A stretch of DNA of 64,000 nt, taken from Lingula anatina (Eukaryota; Animalia; Brachiopoda). Shown here piece by piece: positions 44,043 through 59,240 of the stretch. The position numbers and the translations under genes were made by a program. Positions within the stretch are counted from its first letter, which is position 1; the number at the start of each line of letters is the position of its first letter. The notes under the pieces are model-generated. The model ran no database searches. It saw only the letters and a program-made list of their open reading frames with translations, and was not told where the DNA came from. The DNA is taken from assembly GCA_051362555.1 (NCBI GenBank), contig CM120640.1, forward strand, positions 45,362,788 to 45,426,787. Reading direction: 5' to 3'.

Positions 44043-47000
44043 TTTCTGTTCTGCAAAACTTCTGAATCTTGCCCGGGGTTTTTGTTTGCGCAAACAGCCT
44101 CCTGTCTAGGTCGAGGAGCAAGGACTTTCCCCCTTATGCTAAAGTCAAATAGTTATGCTACCAGTTCGTAAAAACAATTGTTTCCTTCCACTAAAAACAA
44201 ACCGACGTAGAACCGGATAGGTGCTTTCCAACGGGGAAGGTCAGTAAGCACTGCTGCCGAGTGTGGTTGTGTGCATAGTAATCAATTATCTGACTTCGAG
44301 GTCCCATATGCTTTGAGTTTAAAGAAGGCTGGTTTTGATAACAGCTCATAGACATGAAATTTACAATCATGAAAGGATGCTATGTTTTAAGAAGCTGTTT
44401 TATTTGATTTAGGTCTATTACAAAATAGAGTTTCCTTAAACGTAGCCCCCACGCTCGACGCGCCCCCCACTCAAAAAGTAGGAAGCTATAGCTCGTGAGA
44501 GCAAGTAAAACCTTTCTAGCAAAATGCACGGATTAAATGCTAGGACCTCTCACGGTGTATCGGTACAGACTGCATCGCAAAAGTATACCATTCAGTGTGA
44601 AAATGGCTTATAAACATTATCGCTACACTAGGACCCACCAAGGTATTCATTAAATGCATTGACTTAAAACGCCGTATGACAGTATTCATCAAATTTTAAA
44701 TCATGCTGAATAAGTGTCGGAGCAAAAATATTGCACAACGATTAGATAAAAAATTTTTGATATTGCATTTTTTGACAATAAATACGATGAAAGAAGTATT
44801 TTCATAGACCACGTATATCAGATTGCTTGATTATATCAAAAGAAATTCAGTGCGGTGTGTACGCAAAGACACCTCCAGCACTAGTTTGTATTACGATATT
44901 TACCCCATATATTTACCCCATACCTCAGGTAGATACGGGGGAGGGGGGGGATCTTAACTAATCTTGAAGGTGGATTTGGCTCCAACCCAAAAGTACAGGA
45001 TAAGACTGATCATAATAAAGTCTGTAGATATACCGAAGAAAATTTTAATATACCAAACTCGGGGGCAGGGGACACCTACATGACACAAATAGGGCTCATC
45101 AACAAGGACATCAATATACAAAAACATATCTTACAGAACAGCTTAAATTGATAACCTTGGTTAATTTCAATATTCGTTATTTTCAAAATCACAAGGAAAT
45201 TCAATTCCCGGTTAAAATTTACATTAACGACTTACCTATATGAATATCACGAATATTATCAGGCAGGTAATATGCTAGATGCGAAAAACTATGACTTCAT
45301 GGCCAACCATCGCAATCTAATTATAAAGCCCATCTGTCACCACGAGTTCATATCGGTAATATTTTACTTTTATTTCCTTTTGATCTAAATATCCAGTAAA
45401 ACTAAGGTTTTTCACTTCAGAATTTACTTAGGAGGTCTGTTGTTATTAACTGTTATCCCTAATTGAAAATTTCTCTTTACTCGGATATTTTATTAAAGCA
45501 AAAGTGCAGGTTCATTGCTCAAAATTTTTATTAGTCTGAACCCTCAACGGTTGGAAGGTCTATTGGTCCGAAACTGTCATCTCCCTTCCGTCCTTCTTGA
45601 CTTATTTTTTTTGACTTTCATCACCGCACATAAAATATGAAATATACTGACTCAGAGGGTGAGCCTTTAAAACGGTAGAAGAACACGTGCGGGCTGGCGT
45701 AAAGGTTGTCAGTCAAACAACAACAACAATAATAATAAACAACGGGGAACACATCATGTTTTTCATTTAATCACATAACTTGTACACCAGTATGCGCAAA
45801 TTGAAGAAGCATGCCTCCACTACTACTGTTTCTGACTTGTAACAGACTTGTAAGAGTGCCGACTGCGTTACCAGCTGTGAAACGTTTTACTCACTTTGAA
45901 AATTCAATCATCACTAGTTTTGTTCTTTGATTTATCTCCTACAAGTATGCCTACTGGTATAACGTTGTAAAAATTATGATAATCTTCTGTATAGAGCAGT
46001 TGTTTTTGAGCGACTTTAGTTTGCTTGTTACTTAATATTAAAAAACGGGGCAATGCACCCTACCGACAGTAAAATAAGCATTAAATAAACTATTTTTCCA
46101 CTCATGATCCAAATATTATATTAGAAATGTCAAACTATCATGGAATACCAATATATTTTTCTTGCACCAAGTACCTGAACAAAATGAAACTTTCTGACAA
46201 TTTTTGGGGAACATACGTTACGTAGTATTAGCCATGACGCAAACCCCCTAGAGTTACAGTTTAAATATTTATATAAACATCCTTACGTCATGTATAATTT
46301 ACCATGACTGAATCAGTACAAAATATATCCGAACGCGGTATAAAAATTTTAATTAAATGACCTGGAACATACGTTACCATTTACGGCTCTTTGCATAATG
46401 TAAAGACATGGTTAAAATTAAAAATTAAATTAAAATTGAAACAGTCGTGTGTTTTTGTTTTATACACGTATATGTTTAAAAAATTGAATACAACTTTGGA
46501 TTTCATTCAATTTTATTTTTGGACACTTCAGCATGTGAAATGCATCTCTATATTGGGTTTGGGTGGCAAGCGAATCATTCAGCGCGTTCCTGCGTTTCAA
46601 CGACTGACGAACTCAAATTGTACTCTGCTGCATTTGAAATAAACTTTACTTTGAAAAAAAAAAAAAAAAAAAAAAAAGGCAGTCGCAGGATCTAGCAAAC
46701 ACGAAGCTAACGAATTGATAACGCGCCTTAAGTTCCAAACTTTTTGGGAAAATAACCGTTTGAGCTCGTGCGTCGTCGAATGCTAGTTAGCATAAGCTTA
46801 TGATTCACCCAAGTGACATGTACCCAACTTATGTAAGCCTGTCTCTAGTAGGCCTACTTAGTACTCCCTTTTTGTTCCTATCCCCCTTCCACTACCCAAT
46901 CATTGGCCCAATGGCTCGTACGCACACGTAACGGTTTACGTGTTATATTTGAAAATCAGATGAAAATGATAAAATATATTTCTTCTTAACCAAAGTGGAT

Positions 47001-47867
47001 TTTAGTTTAAGTTGATTGCCAATAGTAATAACTAGTTTATTTTCTCGACAAGCATTGGTTGCAAGAAAACTCTTAATTGGTCTTGTCTTGTTAACAGCGC
47101 TCCTACTATGTTACCTTGTACATTGTTTATTTGCAAGTAAAAAATTAAATATTGCACAAATATGTGTTAATTTGCTTATTTACGAAAGAAATTTAAAAGA
47201 ATTGAATAAAGATACATGTATCATATTTTATTACGTATTAAAACTGATTAGACAATTCTGCATCAACACGTACTCTAAACACCTGTCTTTGTTTTCTAGG
47301 TACGAGGTAACGTATCCATGTTGCCACATGACGTCAGGATGTTTTGGTGAAAACCATGGGACAGCTAGGACAGGGAAATTGAAACCAGTAAAGTGGATTC
47401 ACTGGACGTATATCCACAAGGTGAGTTTTAAGAGTGAACTTACAGGGCAAGAGTGTTATATTTAAGTTAAAGATAATTAAGGGAGCTGCTCCTTTAACAA
47501 ATCAGGATAAAACGAGCACCTGTTAGAATTACGGAGCTTTAAAAAAGAATAGAAGCATCGCTTGTGGAGATTACGGTGTACAGGTACGTGTACATCATAC
47601 ATGTGCTTCCGAAGTTTGGTAGCCCAAGTAGACTTCACTACCACTGCTTATAATTGGATACTTCTCAGTGAAATACAGATTTATTTCATAATTTTTTTTT
47701 TGTCTTGCACCAAGTTCGTGAATTATGCTATTTTTTATTATTGCTATTAGCCGGACTACTACAAGTACTAGGATAATACTTAATAGATGACCTGAGTTGA
47801 CAGGACGCTAACCATTGTTTTATGGTATTAAAAAGGAATGAATTAATTCATTATTTCAGAGTTCAAT

Positions 47868-50800
47868 ATGGATGAAGAGAGGACACATCAGAAGAAACAG
47901 GGTCTTATTGTAGCAGAAATAGACAAGTTTACGCGACAAGGCACACAAGAACTCAATCAAGGAAACTTGAAAAAGGCACTAGCTGCCTTTTCTAATGCAT
48001 TTAAAAGATCTCTTCCACTCAATGATGGATTTACAGAGCGGGCATGTGCATTCAATTTAGGGGCAGTATACATTGCTGTGAATGAACCCAAAAAGGGACT
48101 TGAACTATTACAGCGGGCTGTTCCTCCTCTTAATGGTAGAGATGGCCAGTCAAATGGTGACTTGTATTATAACTTTGGGCTTGGTTACGAGGCCTTATCA
48201 GACCTCCCAGAGGCCATCAGGCACTACAGTTTGGCACAGGAAGAGTACAGGAATGAACTGACAAACTTTCAGATGGAGTCTGATGTGTGTCTCAGACTTG
48301 CTGATCTCTATACAAAACTGAACAAGTTCTCCCAAGCTGCAGACAGTTACAGAAGTGCTGCAACAGTGTATTTAAAACTAGGCGACCTTCCCACTCAGGC
48401 CAAGATGATGTGTAAGCAAGCAGGTCTTTTAATAAAAGTAGGGGATACTGATAAGGCCATTGAAGTGACTGATGATTGCTTGAAGATGTGTAAAAACATT
48501 GAGGAAAGTCCAGATATTGGTAAGAACTGTGTCAATTTAATTTAACATAGCTTAATCTATTTTAATGTATTTTAGTGTAAGTTATTAAGACCATCTGTCA
48601 TTTTACACTCCATATACTGTACTTATTAATTTACCATGCCCTCGGCCTGTACATTATGCCCAAATCTTATCTTTTAATGAATTCAGGCTAGGTTTGCTTA
48701 CTTTAGACAGCTTTATTGGCACCATGTTGCTAACAGAATTCCTGTTGAAGATTTCGTTATTAAGGGCTACAAATAAGGAAAAGTGTTTTCATGTATGAGA
48801 GTATACCCTCAATAGTGTTGTGTGATAATTGCTAGTCTCTCAGGGTGGCTTTATTAAATATAAGCAAATCATGCATTAAATCACTGTTACTAAAAATTAA
48901 TGTTTTTAAGCAGGCAAACGTGATATGCAACCCATATTTAGTGCAATTTTATATCTCTACTGGGAATATGCGATTCTCATAACGTGTTCCTAAAATAAAT
49001 ATTTTCAGCAGTGGCAACGTTGTATAATCTGTTTTCATTTGAGTAGGCAATCGATTTTGTAGCACTGTGACTTTTTATCAGGAACTAATCACTTGTATGT
49101 AATTCATTGGTCTCGCAATATTGTGTGATAGCAATTTGTCACACTATCTAGTTGAGATGGAAATGAATATTTTATATAGACGTAATGGCATTGGCAAGTA
49201 ATTCATCAGCAGTTTTACAGCACCAAAACATTTTGCAACCAATAATTTTTATGCAGTTCTGCTGTTTCTGAAACATTATTTGCACATGTCAGATTGAAAA
49301 GTGCCTATACATTTTCTCCTCTATATCTTCCAAGGGCTAATTTTCTTTCAACTAAATTAATATGATCTTTAGTAGGTCTTAGATGGATTTAATTGTTTTT
49401 CCAGCAAAAGTGATGGTTGACTTAGGCATTCTGTACACACAGTGTAGGGAGTTCTCCAAGGCTGCCAGTTGTTTTGAAGAAGGTCTACCACACTGCCGTG
49501 GACTCAGTGCTGATGAGAAGACTGAGGCGGTGCTGCTACAGAACTTAGGAGCTGCATATAATTCTTTGGGAGACTTCCAAAGGGCTCTTAGTTTTCATCA
49601 GAAGGCTGCAGATCTTCATGGTATGCCAATTTTATAAAGTTTTACAGTGATGACTTGATGTTTACATTTGTTGGCCATCCCTTGGCTACTTCTATTAGTG
49701 TTTATTACTGTTTTGAATATATTTCAATTTGATGTAGTTAAGACACACACCAATGAAAATTCATAAATTGGGTTTAAGATTGTTATTTATGATTTCAGGC
49801 AAGTTCAGGAACCGTACCTCTCAGGGCGAGTCCTTCATGAACTTGGCATTTGCTTGCACCCAAACAGGAGATGATGAGAGTGCAGAGGAATACTACAAAC
49901 ATGCCCTGCAGGCTGCAAAAGATGGAGGTGAGGTGTATAATAGAATAGTAACAAGAATATTGCATGACTTTGAACTATCAATTTTTGAGTGTTACACGTG
50001 ATTTTCTGAATTATTAAAAGTATATAACAGGTACAAGTTATAATTGTGTCTGCATTTAACATATTAGTAAGAAAATGCTGTATGTACCACTTACAGTTAA
50101 TCTTTATCTATAGGTGACAGTCATGGAGAGTGGCAAGCACTGGAGGGACTTGGAGTCCTTGCCTTTGTCAATGGCAGCATAGAGAAAGCTGTGCGATATT
50201 TCAAGCAGGCTTTGGGCAAGCTATCCGTGTGTGAAAGCAATCCCCAAGCCCAGGAGAGAATAGTTGCAAAACTCACAGATGCCCTAAGTTATCAGCTTCA
50301 AGTTGGTGGTCATGTTGATGGCAGCAGTGCCCACGGTTTGATGAATGGAGGTGGTAATGGATACACTCACAGTAGAAGAAGCAGTAGTAGGAGTGGACAT
50401 GATATGGCAGGGCACCGGTCCCCACATCAGCACTCGGAAATAAATGGATGGACTAAGCAGTCATCATCTGAACCCACTGTGGAAGTGCATCAAACAAGAG
50501 AGAGTCCAAAACATGGAAAGACCAATAGGAAAGAAAGGTGAATACTTGGACTCCAAAACAATATCCCATTACAATTACTCCCTCCTGGATAATTTCCTAA
50601 CAGGCAATTTTTCTCTGCAGAGTACTACCACTTATGACAATATTCCCCTCTTTGATGATTGTCTCTCTCCCTCTCTCTCTTTCTCTATCTCTCCTTTACA
50701 TATGTATTATATCTTTATTAACTTTAAGTCAGCTTAATAGCATTATTATACAAGATAGTGAAATATGTTATAATGTTTATTCTTCATTAAAATCAGTTAC

Positions 50801-53800
50801 ATGTCATTTACTATTACTTCTATATTTGTGATACTCAAACATATACAGTTCTGAAATACATTAGAAACACAGGGAGCTTTGCAAATTGACCTTCTTTTTT
50901 CTTTGAATTGAATGAATTGCTTTGTTGTTGGTAAAATGTAAACTTCTGTTTCTAACAGAAAGTCAAAAGTGACAAGAAGAGCTACATGGAGGGAAAATAT
51001 GATGATGCATTCTGGGCGTGTTGGAATGCTTGGCCTTGGCATTGAACCTCATGAACCAGTTGATGAAAAGAAAAGACATTCTGACACAGAATTGATCAGT
51101 AGAAGGTATGTGCTACTTATCAAATGTGGTTTGAACTGTTATCTTTTAGCTAAGTGGCTAAATCGTAAAATTATTGTTATTAATTGTAATGTTTTAAGGT
51201 ATTGCATATTTGCTGTCTTTTAATATACATGCTGTGTTTTAATTGTTGAAATTAAATGTCAGGCAACAATGATGACATGTAAAAAAATATTTTAAACAAA
51301 ACAAGCACAGGAATAATGAAAGTATGCTTTGATGATTTTTGTATTTCTTCACCCCAAAGGACTGGATCTCGACCTTCTTCAAGAAATGCATCACGGCCGT
51401 TTACAGCTGCTTACGATCACCATCAAACCAGCCCAGACAGTATGAATAGGAGGTATGAGAATATTTTTCTCTGTAATGTTTAAATAACATTTTTAATATT
51501 AAAATGTATATTTATGTTATTCTGGTTGTAGTTACCATCAAATAAACATTGAAAATTGCATCACATGGTAACATTGACAATCATATGAAGTTCATTTTCC
51601 TTGTGAGTTCGTATACCATCTGTATGTGATTTTTATTTTTTAACATGCAGTTTCTGAAATGGTCTGATTACATTGTATATCCAAGGAGAAGCAGATCCAT
51701 GGGGAGTAGGCCCCACCCCTTTAAGCTTTCCAGAAAGTGTATTTTTACCTGCAATGCCAAATTTGGCCACACTGAGGTTTTTAGGTATATTTATACGTAT
51801 GATCTTATGATCTTTTCCATAGAATGAGAAGGAGCAGAGATTTAAATGGAGACTTTCGAAACCAGTCATTGAATTCGACTCGTCATGGGAATCAGCCAAT
51901 ACGCCATGATACTTACTATCATACTGATGATGATGATTGGAAACAGAGATTGAAGGACATGAACCTCTCAGAGTCCAGTCATTCTAGTAGTTCAGGTAGG
52001 CTGACAAAACTCTGGTGAAGAATAAAGTACACTGTGATAATTTAATACAGCTTGAATTCTTTTGAAGTGACTTTTTGAACTGGTCAGATTTGAACATCAG
52101 TTAATATAGTTACAGTAGAGTGTTATATTGAAGTTTTATTCAGGAATGAGTTTATCACAAAGAGAATGCATGTATATGTAAAAATGATATATGATATAAA
52201 CTTTATTTTTATCAATTTTTATGACATCAAAAATTTTTTTCAGATGAGGAATCTGTTGTAGCACCTACAGGTAGAAGGCCATTGTCTGCTTCCACACCTA
52301 AAAAATCATTGCAAGTAGCTCCCCAACCTTCACATAGCAAAATGGCATATAAACAGGAGAAAGGGCATCCCAAGCAGAGACAAGTAACTGATAGTAGTAT
52401 AACAAGTGTCACTGAAACTGAAACCAGCACAGAGAGTGAAAAGCCAAAAAGGCGCAGGCACAGAAAGAAGTCCAGTTCAAGTGAAGAATCTGAGTCTGAA
52501 AGTGAAAGCACAACTGAAAGCGATCACAAAAAGAAAAGGAAAGGACACAGGAAGAGAAGAGATGTTTCCTCTTCATCAGAATCAGAATCTGAGAGTAAAA
52601 CTGAAACTGAAACTGAAAGTGAGTATGATAAAGGGAAAGGAAAGAGCAGAAGACATCGCAAGAAGGAAACTTCCTCTCCCTCCACTTCATCTGAGAGTGA
52701 CAGTGAATCGAGTAGTGATGGTAGCAGCAGTAGCAGTGGTAGTGGAAGTAGTAGTGGCAGCAGTGGCAGTGGTAGTGCTAGCAGTGACAGTGAATCTGAT
52801 AGTGATGAGGAAACTTCTAAGACTGAGGAGAATTCTGATTCAGAAGATGAGGATAAAAAAAGTGTGAAAGAGGCAATGAAAAAACATCTTAATGATTCGT
52901 CATCTGACAAAGAGGATGGTTTTAAAGAAAAATCAGATAAGAAAAAAATGGATGAAACAATACCTACAAGGGTGTCGGAAAGTGAATCCAGCTCAGACAC
53001 TGAGACAGAAACAGGCAAAGAAAAGGCAGACTCTGATTCAGGCTCTGGATCTGAAACTGCAACAGAAGAAAAAAAGGATGAAAAAGAAAGGTCAGTACAA
53101 CACAATTATTCTTTGACTTTGTTTTGTGTTGTTTTGTTATAGAAGTATACTTTGGTTAGTATCATTCTCTTATTATCACTTCCTAGGTGAGGGAATATGT
53201 TTCTAAATAAACTTAATTTGTAAATGTATATTTGAGCAGGTTTTGTAAGCAATATGATTATTTTTTATCTTGTCTGTTGCAGTTTGCAGCCCCCTCCAGT
53301 ACCTCCTCCTCTGAATGGTACCTATGAGACGCCAGTTCAGTCTTCAGAGTATGCCAAAGTTGACAAAACCAAGAAGCAAACAGACACTGAATCTGAATCT
53401 GAAGGTAAAATATGTTGATATTAAAAATATATTTTGCATCTTTGATATTCTTTGTGTCTCCTTTTGCTTTCAAAAATTTAAAGTTTATGTTGGTTTGAAT
53501 GTAGAATCAAGTTGGCAGTGCAATGTTGGTTATTGATTGAGGATTTGTATTTGAATGTGTGACATACTGAATTCCTCCAGACTCCAAATTAGTATGTTCA
53601 AGAAGAACATCAGGTGAGATTTTTCCAAATAAAAATGCATTACCTTTAATACACAATTTGGTTTGATGCAGATTCTGAGGATGAGAATGAAACTGAAAAA
53701 GATGACCCAGGGACAACAGAAAAACTTGACAAAACCTATGAGAGTCTCCATCCCAGAGACAGCAGGGATGATGAACAGCCGTCTACATCTGCCTCACCCC

Positions 53801-54363
53801 CACCTTTGCCAAGAGGAGAAAGGTAGGACAATTTAATTTCACACATTAAATTTTTTTTATCTGCAACTCAATTTCCAATTTTGTCACTATTTCTTATAAC
53901 AATTAAAATTATTTAATGAGATAGTAACATTATTATGCTACTACCATATGATGTTATGTTAGAAAAATTTGTATTTTACGTTTTAATACTAATGCTAGTA
54001 GTAGTAGTAGTAGTAGTACTCTTTTTGGTAGCTCAGATTGTTTGATAAATTGTTCAAAGTGGTGTACACTAATTTTGCTCAACTATACATGAGAAGCTTT
54101 TATATCACCAAAATATTTTGCTGTTGAGAAAAAATGGTTAAGTAAGTGACAAATTTTGAAAAGAAAAGTGACCACAGGGTCATCAAGGAGTAACTTGGCT
54201 AAAAAAAGACTATATTAAATGTTTTTTTTTTAGAGAAAGACTTCTCCATGAATACCACCAGAAGATGAAGGACCGTGAAGCTGAAAAGAAGAAAAATGAT
54301 TCAGGCAGTGAACCTGACCTTCCTAGCAAATCACAGAAATCAAAAATGTGTGTTGTTATGTAA
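47868..54363 (+). CDS. TTC24: Tetratricopeptide repeat protein 24-like with long Ser/acidic/basic low-complexity tail and C-terminal CaaX. Exons 47868-48519, 49405-49620, 49799-49927, 50114-50537, 50959-51105, 51360-51452, 51823-51995, 52244-53090, 53283-53404, 53672-53822, 54234-54363
   Basis: TPR motifs match TTC24 as I recall it: RACAFNLGAVY, GDLYYNFGLGY, LQNLGAAYNSLGDFQRALSFHQKAADLHG, YKHALQAAKDGGDSHGEWQALEGLG, ERIVAKLTDAL. Eleven exons join in phase and end SKSQKSKMCVVM*. Upstream UTR donor at 47421. Confidence 0.88.
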
Positions 54364-57300
54364 ATTCGATTATAGGGTGATAAAATAATCCCTTTGATTA
54401 AGAAGAACCAACTCTGAGTGTTATAAAGAATTTATTTACTTTCATTTTGCACCCTGTTAATAGCTGTCTTCCTCATATAGTTTTGTTTCAAAAAGCTTTC
54501 TTTGGTACTAGTTAACGATGCATGTAGATTTCTTACATGTTAAAAAATGTAAAAAATTAAAGGGTCAGTTTTAAGTTTAAGTATTTAAAATGAAGTTGTG
54601 AAACTTGTGATTTATCATAGAGTCTATGTCTAGTAATGTTTTAGGATATACAATTTTTACAAGTAAATTTGTTTGTTTTGTTTTCATTTCATTCCAAAAC
54701 CCAATCAGTGAATTCAAGTAATTGTACTAATTGAAATGCTTTGTTCTTTGTTTTTCTGAATTTAGCATTATTTATCTTTATTGACTTTTACACCAAATGA
54801 TGCATAATACATTTTACAAGGCAATATGTTCAGTGCAAAATTTGAGATTGTTATCAACTTACTGATCATAGTACAGATATATTATAGTGCACATGATCAG
54901 GTTGATTTTGTATAATTGAGGCATACTTTATAAATAAATTCATTTGAATAATAACCCTTGAGTCTGAAGTTGTTGTATTTGATAGATATAAATTTTTTTG
55001 CAATAAGCTGAGTAAATGTAAGTCTGGTGTGTTTAGACTAGAAAATGAATTAAAACTAGTTAAGGTCTATTTTACATCAGATACAAATATATATGAAAAA
55101 GAAAAGACTTAAAGTCTTGTGTCAGTGATGTCTTTTCAAACACGGCACAGCTGCTTATTGCACAGGGCAGGGAATAGCAATGTATATGTATTTACAATGG
55201 ATATCACAGACTTGAAATCTGTGAATCCATTTGGGCAGACAACGAGATTAAAGTATGGCACTCTCAGCATCTAATCAATAGAGGGTTATGACAAATTATA
55301 GCCACATTCTTGTTTTAAAAAGACCCATTTCTGACTTAAGTTGTGAGCATGTAATTTTTTTTGGTCAATTCCATCAGTTTGAATACAGGATGTGATTTTT
55401 TTTCTTCCTATTAAACAGTCGACACTTCCCATATCAAACAAGGCTGTCATATGTACAGACAAAAAGCAGAAAATAATGATGCACAAAATAAGCTATTTTG
55501 TCAATTTAAATGCAATAATGCATTGTGCTTAACAGCAATGATGCAAATTTTTATCATGCACAACAGGTAATACCGATGTAAGTAAGATGTGAAACTAGCA
55601 TAAGGCCCATAAGTTAAAGTTCACACTTTGAAAATGCCAGAATGAGAAAAAAATGAACATTTAAAAAAAAAGGGAAAAAAAATGCATAAATCCAATAAAG
55701 AAAAATAATCCAGTCAAGCCGGTTTTCCAATTTGAGCTACATGTCAACTCTAAGAATCATTCTTGTAAATTACAAAATAATAAGTAACACGGTTTTCCTT
55801 TCAAACAGTTTGTGGTGACAGTATCACCACCAATTTTTAATCGTCTGCTTTATGTAACATGGACATTCTGAAAATGTAACTACAATTTGGCATGAGGCCC
55901 ATGGAAGTCCCACATTGAAAATGTTAATGTGTGAAAAAGGAAAATTTCACAAAGAACTGCATTGCTTTCAGAAAAGAATCCAATCAGACTGGTTTTCCAA
56001 ATCAAACTGCATTTTGATAATAGGAATCTTTTCAGTAAGTTTGAAAATCATAAGTAACATGGATTTCCTTCATTTGTCGTTACTGCAGCAGTGCCCAAAG
56101 TAGGGCTTTCTTCAATTTTGATGCAATATTACATAATGTTTAATAGTTTAATGACCATCAATTTTTAATACTAAAATAAAAGTATCATGGATATTCAGAA
56201 ATGCTAGGAGCAAAGGTCGTCAAGCCTAACAGCATAAGTTTTGGAAAAATGGTCCAAACAGGCTGATTTTTGAACTTGGCGTGTATTTTAAGAATATTCA
56301 TCACTTCTGCAAGTTTGACGATAGGTCAAATTGTTTTCCAGTTAGTGTGTTGTTACTGAAAGCAGGGGCAGATTCAGAGATATTTTGTGACAGTCTTCCA
56401 AATTATCTTCATTGATCCATACTCCATTTTTGACTGTACTTCCCACAGTAAAAATTAGTTACCTGTCAATGTAACCTTGAAAATCTGACCATCTTCTGGA
56501 AGACCGAGAAGACAGCCTCAATCCCTCCCAAGAAAGTGCACAGTGATGATGGCAGCGAAGACAGTTCCAGGTGATGGCTATATGTACAGACACAATATGT
56601 CTACTTAAAAAAAACCTATGCCAGTTCATAATTGCTTTATTTAAAATTTCAAGATTATATTTACATTACATACATACATTTAGATCAACTTTCTTTTATA
56701 TGTCCTTATGGGCCATCAGTTCTCTCTTGGGCCTGCTATTTGACCACAAGACAGCAAGTTCTACTTTTATCTAATTATCTTACATACATGAGAAAATTGC
56801 CAGTACTGTGATTGTTCAAAGCAGTATGTTTATAAACAATTCAATGACTTGCAAAGTCTTTTTGAAGACATTAATACCTTGTAGTAATAATCACAGGGTT
56901 ATAAAAGGATGAAATTGTACGAACCTATTTTTTTTGTTTCTGCCTTCAACTGGGGCTGTTTCAAAGTATTTGTGCTATTATATTGATAAAATTTCAGATT
57001 TTTTTCTATTTTAAAAGAGAAAGAAAATATCCCAACTTCTAATATAGCATTATTATGCTGTGAAAATTTCATGATTTTCTGAGTATAATCAGCAGGTGTT
57101 AGAGGTACCTTCAACCTAAACACAAAAAAATTACTCACTGTTTTCCTTTTTGAAAATCAGAAAAAGAAAGTTAAGATATGCGATATTATTGATCATCACT
57201 CATCTCAAATACTAACATTAAATAAATGTTGGCAGTATTTTTTCTCTCACAACCAGTTAATTCACATCCTCATGTTTCAGAGCATACCACAAGCTCATTT

Positions 57301-59240
57301 GATCCATGACTAAACTTGATAAAATAAGTCACTATTAACACAGATCACTAAACTATAAATATATATATATATATAACACTAAAATGTTGACATAAAATAA
57401 TCCAAATGCTGAAACATGAAAGGTATACAGAATCACCAACCATTAAAAACATGAATTGATCCACAATATAGGTGATACATTTGCCATACTTCATGCAGAA
57501 GCTTCTGCTTTAAACATAATATACAGCTTCGGGTAATTTGACTTTCTCTATTCTGACACACCAAAAGATGCATATTATGTTCAATATAATTACTTTGACT
57601 TGAAGCTGACAACCATCCTTTATTAACCAACATGCTATGCATTAATTTCCCCTTTTTCTGTGGCAGCTTAAAGACATGCACTAGACAAAGCCAATCTGTT
57701 ATCTGATAAAGTTATTTAAAAAGGCACCTTCCTGTGTTATCTAACAATTCTGGAAACTGTTCTGATTCTGTGACAAACTATCAGGAAGGGGAATTTATCA
57801 CTGGATATCTATTATGTGATGATTAATCTGTCAACTGACTGATGTTGTATTATATTCCATATCCCATACTAGCAGATATGCTAGTCATGACTGAGTTTTT
57901 ACAATAATGAACAAATGCAAGTCCATCTGTGACATTAAATTAGTCAAAATAATTCCAATGACTTGAAAATGTACATAAATGGATTAAAGTTAATATTGTC
58001 CACTTACTAAATACCTTCAAGGATTGCTTTATTTTTATTTCTGATATGTAAATGATAATATGTTTACATTGCATGACAGCAAAAACATCCAAGTCATCTT
58101 GCCTTGGTGTCATACCACATTTTAAAGGACCCAATGCTGAACAATATTAACAGAAAACACAATTTAAGATTTCAAACAAATGGGACCTTGACAAGGGTAA
58201 TCTTTTTAGTTAGCAGGCAAGACGACTCACCAACAGATATCTTTACAATTTTTAAATGATTGAAAAATCCATATGAAGATCTCAATCACTGAACTAAAGG
58301 CATTTTATAAACTAAAGAGTGGTGCCTTTTGACTTAGGATCAATTGACATATAAAGCTATAAAAGAACTATAATGAGAAATGAGTTTGTCTACTTGATAT
58401 CTTCCTTGAAGCATTAAAGGAACTGTATACCAAATCCAGGAGAAAAATACAGATATTTTCCTGGGTTGCTCAATTATATTCTACTGTCAAGTTCAAAACT
58501 AACAAGTATTCCTAAATCATGTTCTGCCAATTTTATGGTCACTTGGCACAAATCAGTAAATTTTGAGCTGGGGTAGGTATTAAATTACTTAAAAGGGATG
58601 TCACATTAATAAGAATATGACCCGGATATCCAAAAAAGAGGGGGAAAATTGAAAAGACAAAAATCCTGTACATTGTCCCTTAAATTTTGAGCAAGTAAAG
58701 ATATGCAAGCTTGGCTTTGTTCAACAATCACAGCACTGATCTGTCCACATAAAATGGGGGAAACAAATTAAAATGCTAATGCAGACAAGTAGGGTTGCAA
58801 CTGTTACACATATTGCCTTTGTAATTAATTTTAGGGGAAAATAAATGTTGCCGAGATTAAAACATTAAAATAACATCCAGTTTACCAGAAACTGTGTGCT
58901 ATCTCACCAATCCTGTATATTCCATGGATGCAGATATGTAGCATTACACACACTATATACCATGTAAGTAAATCAACATGCTTGTACTTAAATATATCCA
59001 ATTACACAAAATAATCTGTTACATTTTTTACTAGGGCAACAGAATAAATATCTGTAGTTCCGTTGATTTTTGTGGGTGCAATAATGAGGGTTCTTGCAAT
59101 GTGTCTTTAAAGCACCAGCTTTTATTTTATCCTGTAGTCAATGTAGAATTTCCTTTATTACATAATATCATATAATGTTTTGGTAGCTGCTCTTCCTCTG
59201 TAAATAATGTGAAATAGGATAGTGCAATTCTATGTATCAT

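Noticed and set aside
47477-47497. TTAA-GGGAGCTGCTCCT-TTAA mini-palindrome as a collapsed Kolobok element
   Set aside because: Too short to distinguish from chance.
52524-53105. 193-aa minus-strand ORF and other overlapping ORFs
   Set aside because: Antisense or shifted-frame shadows of the low-complexity TTC24 exon.
58414-58683. Possible TTAA-flanked MITE
   Set aside because: The putative TIRs match only weakly.
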